A stretch of 64,000 bases of DNA, taken from assembly GCF_018350175.1 (NCBI RefSeq), contig NC_058382.1, positions 57,228,001 to 57,292,000 on the forward strand, in the 5' to 3' direction. Below are positions 28,516-39,103 of the stretch, piece after piece (position 1 is the stretch's first letter; the number at the start of each line of letters is the position of its first letter). Origin of the DNA: Felis catus (taxonomy: Eukaryota). Below the pieces are notes generated by a model that worked only from the letters and a program-made list of their open reading frames with translations, did not search any database and had not been told where the DNA came from. The translations under genes were made by a program, and so were the position numbers.

Positions 28516-29121
28516 TGCCTTGGCCCCTGGTGCTCAGGAATGCGCTTGTGCCCAGGGAAGTTTGAAGCAGGGGGGCGGCCCCAAAGCCAGGTAAGCTCTG
28601 GTTATCTTATTTGCCCAAGGAAACTGCTGGGTAATTTACCCGTTAGTCATTATTTCTCTAAAAGAAACTTCTCGGGCGCGACTCTGAAATAATGATTTCT
28701 CTTGGTTACTGTTTTCCGGGAAGAGAGGATTTTTAAAACACCCAAGCCTATTAATTAGCCCGTTTATTGCACGTTGTTGTCCCCAGGAGATAATTTACAT
28801 TGATTTACTTTTTGTACTCGGGGGGGGGGGGGGGGCTACAGTAGCCACCCCACGCTGCAGTTTCAGGCAATGAGGCCTTTGATTTCCATCCATCACATAA
28901 TCACTGGGTAAACAAGTTATTCAAAGTGACATTAACTCTGTTGTGTTCTGCTAAGTAAGGAATATTTGTTCCCACGTGGCATAAATCTGCCTGTCCGAGC
29001 CCTTCCTCCCAAGATCGTCCTCATTTCGCACAGCGAGGACGATGACAAAGGCTGCTTTCGAAATGGAGAGTCTGTTAATGTCTTCTTGGCCTGATCCCCT
29101 GGGGGTGAAGTTTTGCCCCCG

Positions 29122-29341
29122 TATTTATTTATTTTTTTAACGTTTATTGATTTTTGAGACAGAGAGAGACAGAGCACGAACGGGGGAGGGTCAGAGAGAG
29201 AGGGAGACACAGAATCTGAAACAGGCTCCAGGCTCTGAGCTGTCACCGCAGAGCCCGACGCGGGGCTCGAACTCACAGACCGCGAGATCATGACCTGAAC
29301 CAAAGTCGGACGCTTAACCGACTGAGCCACCCCGGCGCCCC
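29122..29341 (-). mobile_element. Felid Can-SINE (SINEC_Fc-like)
   Basis: Near-consensus reverse SINE; TSD ttgcccc(c)Rtattta. Confidence 0.93.
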
Positions 29342-29722
29342 TTGCCCCCATATTTAAATCGCGAGGTGATGTAATCTAGCTGGGCGCGACTCAAAGCCCC
29401 CCCGAAAGTGACTCAGCCACAGATGCCACAGTCTGTGAGGATCTCGGTGGTTGAACTGGGAAGGTAGCAGAGTGGTGTGCCTGGCTCTCGGCTGTTGTCA
29501 GGCCTGTCTGCTCCCAGCTCCCGGAGGTGGCCCCCTGTTTGTTTCTCCCGGTGTCCCCGGGCAGGGGCCTCCCACATAGAAGATGCCTGATACACCAGCA
29601 TTGAATGGAAATGAATGAATTACAGGATGTCCTCTTTCCAGGGGTTGGTTCCAGAGAGAGAATAGGAACCTCGCGCTCGAATATGATGTCAGACGAGATT
29701 CTGATATTTTCCGTTTTATTGT

Positions 29723-29868
29723 GGCCCGAGTCACGATCTCACAGTTGGTGAGTTCGAGCCTCGCTGACGGCACAGAGCCTGCTTGGAATTCTGTCTCCCT
29801 CTCTCTCTCTCTGCACCTCCCCCGCTTGCTCTATCTCTACCAAAATAAATAAACTTAAAAAAAAAAAA
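29723..29868 (+). mobile_element. 5'-truncated Can-SINE
   Basis: gtcacgatctcacag...gagttcgagcc...(CT)n and poly-A. Confidence 0.8.
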
Positions 29869-30248
29869 TGGGCGATCACAGAGGCTGATGGCTCTGAGAT
29901 GTATGTACGGGACTGAACAAGTGTCTTGGGGCCATTAGGAAAGGAAAACATTTCATGGCCTGGAGTTGGTGCTGGTCGAGAAGACAACGCGTGTGGATGT
30001 TGGTCCCGGCCAACGTGAGTGGGGACAGAAGCTCCTTACCCTTGCCAGAGCCAGCGGCCAGGGTTTGGTGTGGACCTCTGACCTGAGGACGCCTTTCCAA
30101 GCTGCTACAGGAAACGGGATGCAGGGTGGACCAAACGCTGTGACCTACAACCCCGCAATTTCCGTGGCTTACTCGGGAGAAACTCTTCTCCCGCTGGTGG
30201 AATTGACGCAGGGGATTAGATGGCCATCTTGGGGCCACACCACTGAGG

Positions 30249-30440
30249 GCAGGGCCAGCAAACTTTCCATAAAGACCCAGAAAGTAAATATTTCCACTTG
30301 TGGGCCTACGGTCTCTATTGCAACGACTTGACTCTGTGGTGATAGCCCCCAACGCACTCTAGGCAATGAAAAGGCCGTGTGTTTCAATAAAACTTTATTT
30401 ACAAAAACAAGAGAGGCAGATGTAGTTTACTGACGCCTGG
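30249..30440. mobile_element. MER58-like hAT fossil
   Basis: cagcaaactttccataaag...gtaaatattt...caataaaactttatttacaaaaaca. Confidence 0.75.
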
Positions 30441-30908
30441 CTTAGGGCCTGGAGTATTCCTCTGAATATGCAGGGCTCGTGGGGTGAGGGCAGGAGGGAA
30501 AGCATAGAGGACCGTGTAGCCCCATGCCACAATGGCGCACACCCTTTCCACCACATTCCACGGACCGGAACCTTGGCCGTGGCTCCCCTACCTGCAGGGA
30601 AGCTGGAAATGTGGAAGAGGACTGGATGTTGGCAAGCCTGTGGCAGCCTCTGCCTCCGGCCCCACCAGGAAGGGAAAAGGACAGCCCCGAGGTGGTTGGT
30701 AACACAGGGACAGGCCCTGGAACCAGCAAAGCTGAGTGTCAATGTCAACTCTGCCCTTACCATCTGTGGGACCATTCCGTGTCTCAATGTTCTCATTTGT
30801 TAGAGGCCGCTTCGTGGACGAAATAAGGTGCATGAAGTCTTGGCCGGGGGCCTCGCACAGGGGAGACTCTCAGAGACCGGGGGCTTTTTGACAGATACTT
30901 AACACCCT

Positions 30909-31010
30909 TGGGGCACCTGGCTGGCTCAGTCGGAGGACCGTGCAACTCTTGATCTTGGAGTCGTGAGTTCAAGCCCCACGTTGGGCGCAGAGATTACAAA
31001 ATAAATAAAC
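30909..31010 (+). mobile_element. Short tRNA-derived Can-SINE
   Basis: ggggcacctggctggctcagtcgg...gagttcaagccccacgttgggcgcagagattac and A-rich tail. Confidence 0.8.
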
Positions 31011-31265
31011 TTTGAAACCCACCAACGAGCTGAGCTGGTAAGTGTGTGAGACCCAGAGCAGAACCAAGGGCCAGGACGTCCCTCTGGACCAGGAAACCTG
31101 CTTCTTTCAAAGACCAAATATCCTCGCTGTGGAATACTATTTTACAGGGAGGATTAGATCTTAGCACCATCTCTGTAGTGAGAGAGAGCCCATTGGGAAT
31201 ATACATATATATTACAGGGGCTTCTGGAAGGCAGTAGGAAGTAGAGATTAAGAGCAGAGAGTCTT

Positions 31266-31448
31266 GGGGCGCCTGGGTGGCTCAGTCAGTTGGGCGTCGA
31301 CTTCGTGAGTTCGAGTCCCGCGTCGGGCTCTGTGCTGATGGCTCGGAGCCTGGAGCCCGTTTCCGATTCTGTGTCTCCCTCTCTCTGACCCTCCCCCATT
31401 CATGCTCTGTCTCTGTCTCAAAAAAATAAACGTTAAAAAAAAAAAAAA
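31266..31448 (+). mobile_element. Can-SINE with internal deletion
   Basis: SINE head and tail; TSD agcaKagagtct. Confidence 0.9.
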
Positions 31449-31659
31449 GCATAGAGTCTGGAGCCAGCCAGACTGGGTTCAAATCCGGAATCCATCACTG
31501 TTGGCCAGGTGACTCAGGCTATTCACCCAACTTCCCTGAGCCTCAGTTGCTTTGTCTATAAAATGGGGATAATCATAACTTCCTCAGGGGGTGGCATGAG
31601 AATCCAGGGATGTGTGTGAAGTGATGGGGCAGAAGGTGGGGGCAGCCGGCACCCTATAG

Positions 31660-32245
31660 ATGCTGTGATTGTCCCGAATGATGTGGTCCCTGCCCAGCAC
31701 CTCCTTCTCTTTTGGAACGGTGCCCCAATTTTCCTCCAGGAAGACTCACCCTGCCCATTCTCAGCCATGTGGTTTGGGTGGGATTGATTGAGCCTGTCTT
31801 CGGCTCCAGGGCGAGCCCCAACTCACGTAAACCCATCAGTGTAGCCACAGAAATTGTTTCAGGGCTGTGGCAGTAAACCACTCAGCCAGTAGGACTCAAT
31901 GAAAACGCATGCTCGGGATTCTGGGGGAACAAAAGGCTTCTGCCTTCCGTGGGCTTGACGGAACGAGGGCTGTGAGGCTTGGAGCTTGGGCAGCCATCTT
32001 GTAGCCATGAGGGGAGCCTGGGGGTGAAGCTGACACACCGAGGGAGGCAGAGGGAAGATGCAGAGAATCTGAGCTTGTTTGATATTGATGACGTTGGCCA
32101 AACACCTGGAACAAGCCCTACCTGACTCCATCTGGATTTTCAGTTATAAGAGCCAGTCTGTCTCCTTTTGTCTGTTTGCCTGCTTATTTAATGAAGCCTG
32201 AATAGGGTTTCCCGTGTTTGGAAACGAAACATCCCTAACTGGTAT
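31660..32245 (+). mobile_element. MLT1-type MaLR LTR
   Basis: gcagccatctt...cacctggaacaagcc...cctga...ggattttcagtta...gagcca...tttaatgaagcc...atccctaact. Confidence 0.6.
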
Positions 32246-33817
32246 TTCTGGGTCTGTCCTAGAAACTGTTTAAGCTGTACCTGTTGGGACACCGGAATAG
32301 GCATCCGGATGACAGGAACTTTACTTTCATACAATAAACCTTTGGCGCTTTCCTGGGTACACCGTCTCCCAGACAACTGGAGTGCGGACGGGCTTGAACT
32401 CTAGCAGCCCGTGGGGCTGATCCCACACCCTGGGTGTACTGCCTTCCTTTCCCTGACTCGCTTCTCTCTCTCCAGCCAGTATTTACCAGGGTCCCGGATA
32501 AATCACCTGCATGTATGTCCTTGACTCAGGGTTTGCTTCTGGGGGAACCCAAAGACCTGGGAGAACCGAGTGAGACCTCACGTTGGGCCCCAGCATGTCC
32601 CCATGTCACTGGCGTCCTCAAACTGTGCTCTTCCTTCCTAGGACTTACCACGAGCTATGCTGGTCTGGCCCAGTTCATTTCCTTCTGGAATTATCTGCGG
32701 TCTGACCTCCTGCGTCCCGGCTTCCTCTCTACTCAGGACCGCACCAGCACCTGCCGGGCCAACCACCGCGTCTGCCGGGCTAGAACAACACCCGGCACAT
32801 CGCAGACACTTAAGCAATACTGCCCGGAAACCAACTATTGTCCCTCCCAATCGGTCTTGGCTGTGGCCCAGGGGTGGATGACCCCTGACCCCTACCACCC
32901 CTCACCCAGCGGCCCCGTGACCAGACCTGCCCCAATACAGCAGAGAAGCCACAACATCACTTTTTAATATCATTTAATGTTTCTCTTGGAGTTGCGGGGG
33001 GGGGGGCGGGGGGCAGGGGACCCCTGAAGCTTGGGACTGCCGAGCTCCCCAGGGGATCTTATTTTAAGCTGGTCATTGGCCAAGTACAGTGGAAGCCTTT
33101 GGAACAGCAAGATTGGCTAATTGTAGCTTGGGGCGCCCAAATTCGTTCCGTTCCCTGCCGCCCTTGGTTTTGTCCCCGAGGGCAAAGGTGACTTATCAAA
33201 GTCTCGCCACATTTTTCACATGTTGTTTGGTGCAGGCCACCGCCAAGGCAGAGCTGGGCTGAGTGCAGTCTCAGGCGGGGCCCCTCGGATGACCAGGGAG
33301 CCACAGGGCTCTGGGGGACAGCCCTTTGTTTCTTTTTTGGCTGACATCACGTTCCTGGAGGGGCCCCTTGGTTAGAGGTCAAATGCCGGGTCGGGCAGGT
33401 GCTGGCCGAGGGTCGTGAGGCACAGAGCTGAGGCCATCCCAGCTCTTTCAGCTCAGGTTGTGTGAATTGCCACATTACATCCCCTTCCCGAGGCTTCTCG
33501 TCCACACGCATAAAACGGGCAGGTTCTGAGAATCCGTGCGGCACGCTGCTCCCAGCTGGCAGGGTCGGGGAAGGAGGGAAGGGACCAGAGGCGAAGAGAA
33601 AAGTCCAGCTCCAAGCCTCACGGACTAGTTCATCTGCAAGGGGGACACACTGTCCTCGCACAGGTGGCCCAGGGTGGCCTGTGCAGGCCTGGCCTTCTGG
33701 CACGTTCTATCTGGCCTGCGTGATCAGGGTTCCTTTTGGTTTCCGCTGAATGTCTTTGGGCCCAGCCAGCGCTCCCCGGCTCTCCTTCCCTCTCTCCCTC
33801 TCCACGCCCATGCCAGC

Positions 33818-33985
33818 ATCTCGCGGTCCGTGAGTTCGAGCCCCGCATCAGGCTCTGTGCGGACAGCTCAGAGCCCGGAGCTGCTTCAGAGTCTCTGTCT
33901 CCTCTCTCTGCCCCTCCCCCGCTCGCACCTGTCCCTGTCTCTCAAAAGTAAATAAACGTTAAACAAATTTTTTTTTTTTTAAAAA
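33818..33985 (+). mobile_element. 5'-truncated Can-SINE
   Basis: atctcgcggtccgtgagttcgagccccgc...ctctcaaaagtaaataaac. Confidence 0.82.
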
Positions 33986-34677
33986 GGGAGGGCTATATTC
34001 ATCCAAAATTTTGGTGTCAGAAATCCCACAGAAGGCTGTGGAAACAGTCCAGATTATGGGAGGCTAAAGAGATAGGCCGCATGAACGCCTCATCCAGCCG
34101 ATGCCGGACCCATCCTGGTCGGGGGAGAAGCTATAAAGGATATTATTAGGTCAACTGACAACATTGGAACAGACAGTAGATTCGATTAAACCATTGCATT
34201 GAAGGTAAACGTGCTCATGTTGATAACCGTACTGTGGTTTTGTAAAAAAAAATATTCTTACTCTTAGAACAGCTATCGCCCCCTTCTCCCGCAAAGTATT
34301 CCGGGTCTCCCTGGCTCTCCAGCTAAAAACGAAGGCAGTGGTTTACCTTAGAGCTTCCTCTCCTATTTTCGGGGGGGAATCATGGATTCCTTTGAGAACC
34401 CGAAGAAATCACGGACACTTGGCATTGTGAAATGCACATACATACACACGCTTTGTTGGTTGTCACCTCCAGAGACTCCCAGTCCCCTCTTGGACGGATG
34501 GTTTCCCGACAGGCTTTCCAGGGACTATATTCTAAAGTTCTAGAAGCGAAGGGCCATGCTGTAGCCAACTTACTGTCAAATGGTCCAGAGAAACCTACTA
34601 TTTGTATATATTAAAAAAATTCCAAATCATAAAGCAAAATGGTACCATGTGTTAAAAAAAAAAAAAAAAAGAGGTAT

Positions 34678-34889
34678 GGGGCGCCTGGGTGGCTCCGTCG
34701 GTCGAGCGTCCGACTTCGGCTCAGGTCAGGATCTCATAGTTCATGGGTTCGAGCCCCGCGTCGGGCTCTGTGCTGACACAGCTCAGAGCCTGGAGCCTGT
34801 TTCAGATTCTGTGTTTCCCCCTCTCTCTGCCCCACTCGTGCTCTCTCTCTTTCTCTGAAAAATGAACATGAAAAATTAAAAAAAAAAAA
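34678..34889 (+). mobile_element. Can-SINE (first of tandem pair)
   Basis: Full SINE with poly-A. Confidence 0.92.
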
Positions 34890-34895
34890 GGTGAC

Positions 34896-35110
34896 GGGGC
34901 GCCTGGGTGGCGCAGTCGGTTAAGCGTCCGACTTCAGCCAGGTCACGATCTCGCGGTCCGGGAGTTCGAGCCCCGCGTCGGGCTCTGGGCTGATGGCTCA
35001 GAGCCTGGAGCCTGCTTCCAATTCTGTGTCTCCCTCTCTCTCTGCCCCTCCCCCGTTCATGCTCTGTCTCTCTCTGTCCCAAAAATAAATAAACGTTGAA
35101 AAAAAAAAAA
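34896..35110 (+). mobile_element. Young felid SINEC_Fc (second of tandem pair)
   Basis: ggggcgcctgggtggcgcagtcggttaagcgtccgacttcagccaggtcacgatctcgcggtcc; CpGs intact. Confidence 0.94.
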
Positions 35111-37075
35111 GGTGTTCAGGGATCGGAGGTACACACTTCCTGGTCTGGCAACTTCTTTGTGTTTGATGTTTCCCAAATAAAATGTGAAAAATTCAGTTGC
35201 CTGGTGACTAGTAATTATACAGTAAGTGATGCTCAGTACTCCCGGTGAGAGGCTTGGAGCCCGTAGGTACAGCCCAGAGCCAGGCAAGAGGGGGAGGGGG
35301 GCGGAGAGGAGGAGCCCAGGTGGCTGGGTAGGAACCGGGAGGGCAGCTGGACATCTCAGCGAACTTCGATTCAAACTTGAACTACTCGATTGTTGCTAAG
35401 GGAGCAGCTCTGCGGATAGTCAGGGCCCAGGGCCGGCTTTTCTTGTTTTCTCTCTCTTCTGGTCTCCAACCTGCCCCTCTGTGGCATACATTGTTGCAAT
35501 GAACGCGGCTTCCCAGAATCCCACACTGTCCAAGCGGGGAGGGACTTTAATCGCCGTCTGGTCCCACCTCTCCCCGGCATCAGTGAGAAAAGGAAGGCCC
35601 GGTGAAATCAGCTGCCTGTCCACTGTGATAGGACAAAGGAAGGGTGACAGCTGGTGCCAGGCTGACCCCCAAGACCACCTTGCTTACTCTGCTCAGGGTA
35701 GCGGGGCAAAGTTACACCCTTGCCACACGCTTAACCTTGAACGTTCTCTGGGAGGGCTTGGGCACTGTTTCAGAAAAGCCTAAGAACTGAAGCTTGATAC
35801 ACTAGAGAGAGTTCCCACTGGGACTCAGGAGGGGCAGATCTAAGGAAGTAAACTGGCTGTGTGGCCTTGGGCAGGTGGCTTTCCCTCTCTGAGCCTTGGT
35901 CTCTCCATCTTAAAATACGAGAGTTGATTTACTTAACGACTTCCTATCCTTTCACAGGGAGGCATGGATTCCTTTGAAGAGCTGATAGAATTGTTGGGCC
36001 CTTTTGCAAAGCCGTGCACTTGGAGATGCACGTTCCGCGTGGGCTGACTGCTCGGGATTCATGGCTCTGGCTCCCCGGCACGCCCTGCCCATATCTGGAG
36101 CCGCTGGGTCCTACATCCGCTTCCTCCCTGGGACGCAAAGGGCCTGTGAGTTCATGAGCGAACGGATAAATAGACAAACACATTTACATATAAGCTGAGG
36201 AACGTACCCTTTGGCAGCTAGGGCCAGGTCTGGGGAGGCGGCAAGGGGCAGATGGGAAGGGTGCCCTCACTTCCGCACCGGAGCTATACCGCCCCCCCGT
36301 GGTGGCCCAGCTGAGGGTGGGAAGGGGCGGCTTCTGCCGCGCTGGGGGATCCAGCAGCAGGAACGGTTCTCTCAAGGGGCGATGCAGGTCCTGCAAGAGT
36401 GAGCCTCTGTCAAGGCCAAGAACTGGACACCTGGAGAACGTCCCAGCCAGAGCGCAGCTGGCCCGGGGGGGTTAACGCAGAGGCCGCTTCTGCCTTCTTG
36501 GCTGAGAGCTTCCAGAGTTGCGGGGGGGGGCGGGGAGGCAGCGGCATTGGGAAAATGGAACATACTGGGGCGAAAGGGGACATACTGAGCCCTGCGGGAG
36601 CCCACAATAGGATGCGCCCTGGTGGGGGGATCTGATCAGAAGGGTTCGCAGTGACCGGCCCCTCCGGTCCCTGGGGTAGGGAGGCCCCCGCGAAGCGGGT
36701 CTTAGGGGAGGAACGGAGTCCTGCAGGCTCGGTTCTGTGGGCATCTGGAACGCAGCCTGGGGTGTGGAGCACTACAGGGAAGGAAGGAGACTGGGGGATG
36801 ACTGACTGACCTAACAAAGAGCGGATGTGCTCGGCGAGGGGCGGGGAGAGAGGACAAAGCAAGAAGCGTCGATAAGGCCGGCTGGAGTCGCGGTGGCCAG
36901 AGGGGTCCCGAGTCACGACAGGCCGAGCCCGGGGGCCTTGCGCCCCTCCCAGCTGTGGGAGCGCTCCTGGCGCCCTAGAAACGTCCCACCAGATGGTCTC
37001 CACCGTGGTGATCTCTAGCCCGGTCAGCGGAGGGCGATGGGTCGCGGGGCCGCCCTTTCCCTGGAGGGCCTGGAG

Positions 37076-37846
37076 TTACAGGTATTTAGCGGGCGAGGCG
37101 GGGCCCTCCGGGCCCAGGTCGTCGACGTCACTCAGAAGTTCGCGCTCGCTGGCCGTGGCGGCGTTTTGCAGGCGGCGGACGCGCGCCTGGACCTCCTCCT
37201 GCTCCCTCTTGAGCTCCAGGTAGGAGTGCGAGAAAGTGTGGAAGATGGACGTGGCGGGGAAGGCCATGATGAGGATCCCGCTCAGGATGCTGCTCAGGGC
37301 CACCATCTGACCCGGCACGCTGCGCGGGACCATGTCCCCGTAGCCCACGGTCGTCATGGAGATGATGGCCCACCAGTAGGAGGCGGGGATGCTGGTGAAC
37401 TCCAGCACCCTCCCGGACTCGTTCTCCGCCACGTAGACCAGGGGGGAGAAGAGTGTGACGGCCACGCAGAGGAAGAGGAGGAGGAGGCCGAACTCGCGGG
37501 TGCAGCGGCGCACGGTGAGGCCCAGCGTCTGCAGCCCCAGCGAGTGGCGCGCCAGGCGCATCACGTACAGGATGCGCAGCGCCCGCAGCACGCGGAGCGC
37601 CAACCCCACCTTCTCCAGGTACGAGCCCCCGCCGGGCCAGCTGCCGTCCTCCTGGGGCTCGCCGGACACGGCCAGCGACACGTAGTACGGGGAGACGGCC
37701 AGGATGTCGATGATGTTCAGGGGCCCCTGGAAGAACTGGCACTTGTCCCGGGCCTGGACGAACCGCAGGCAGAACTCCAGGGAAAACCAGGCCACGCACA
37801 CGGTCTCCACGACGAAAATGTAGTAGCATTTCTGAGAACACTCACC
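37076..37846 (-). CDS. KCNG4: KCNG4 last coding exon (S2-S6, pore, C-terminus)
   Basis: ctccccag|GGT GAG TGT; GECSQKCYYIFVVE...PASPAKYL then TAA. Confidence 0.95.
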   Translation of the reverse strand, partial: GECSQKCYYIFVVETVCVAWFSLEFCLRFVQARDKCQFFQGPLNIIDILAVSPYYVSLAVSGEPQEDGSWPGGGSYLEKVGLALRVLRALRILYVMRLARHSLGLQTLGLTVRRCTREFGLLLLFLCVAVTLFSPLVYVAENESGRVLEFTSIPASYWWAIISMTTVGYGDMVPRSVPGQMVALSSILSGILIMAFPATSIFHTFSHSYLELKREQEEVQARVRRLQNAATASERELLSDVDDLGPEGPASPAKYL

Positions 37847-39055
37847 CTGGGGAGGCGACAGAACGCTGCATGAGGGGTGGGGGGCAGCCCTGGGGCGGGG
37901 GCGGGGGGGGGACGGGGAGGTGGAAACCATCCTGGGTCGCTAGACGAGCACTGCCCTCTCACCCCTCTCTCTCTTTGCCGGAGGAATCAACACCTATTTG
38001 CCCAGAGCCGTTCTTGCTTGGGGCCTCTTTGTGACAGCGGCCAACCTTCACCTTCACTGACAGAAGCCCCTGTTGTGTACCGTGCCCCACCCTAGTTCTG
38101 TCACGTGGGCCACACGGTGATGCCGTGAGCGGGCAGCGCGACCTCATTTTGTGCCCAGGACGTGGTTCCGAGCAGCGAAATGACTTGCTCGAGCTCACAA
38201 GCAGAGGAGACGCGCTCCCAGCCGTAGACGCTGTTCGGCGACTGGCCCGCCTGCCACCCCTCATTCACTCATCCAACAAAAATGCATGGAGGTCTCCCCC
38301 CTGTGCCGGGCTCCTAGGCTCTGTGGGTGACGTGATCGAGAAGCAGATGTCGCTGCTGGGAGCTCAGAGGCTGGCGGGGCAGAGAGGGCTCCCGGGTCCC
38401 CGGTACAGCCCTCTGATGTGTGACTGCAACTATTCACGCAGGGTCTGTCTCCCTCGGGAGATTCCGGCTTGAGTGGGGGGGGGGGCTGTCGCATGGTTCA
38501 TGCTCCCCACCTCTGGCTCCTGACAGAAAGTTCCACGAGCCCCTGTGCTACTCAAAGTACGGTCCTTGAACCAAAAGCATCAGCCTCCCCGGAGAGCTGG
38601 GAAGAAACCCAGAATCTCAGGCCCCACCCCATCCCTCAAGGAATCGGACTTTACACCTCAACGAGACTCACAAGTCTCACCTGGTGGCTTGGAAAATCCT
38701 GATGTCTGGTCCAGGACCCCAGAAATTCTTTTTTTCTAATTTTTAAAAAATGTTTCTTCATTTTTGAGAGAGAGAGAGAGAGAGAGCACGAGTTGGGGAG
38801 GGGCAGAGAGAGAGAGGGAGACACAGAATCCGAAGCAGGCTCCAGGCTCCGAGCCGTCAGCACAGAGCCCGACGTGGGGCTCGAACCCATGAACCATGAG
38901 ATCGTGACCTGAGCCAAAGTCACTCAGTCGACTGAGCCGCCCAGGCGCTGCTAGAAATTCTAATTTAGTTATCTAGGTTTGAGCCTGAGCAGAACTTTCC
39001 AGAAGTCCCACGGATGATTCTAATGAAGAGCCAGAGTTGAGAACCCGACTTCAAG

Positions 39056-39103
<48 letters not shown>

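Noticed and set aside
30386..30399. Bidirectional AATAAA/TTTATT as the KCNG4 or ADAD2 poly(A) site
   Set aside because: It is an internal part of the MER58 fossil and far from both stop codons; unsupported without 3'-end data
30909..31000. tRNA gene
   Set aside because: tRNA-derived Can-SINE head with an A-rich tail; I cannot fold a full cloverleaf
37037..37873. 278-aa plus-strand ORF, and the 246-aa ORF at 45639-46379
   Set aside because: Antisense shadows of high-GC3 KCNG4 exons
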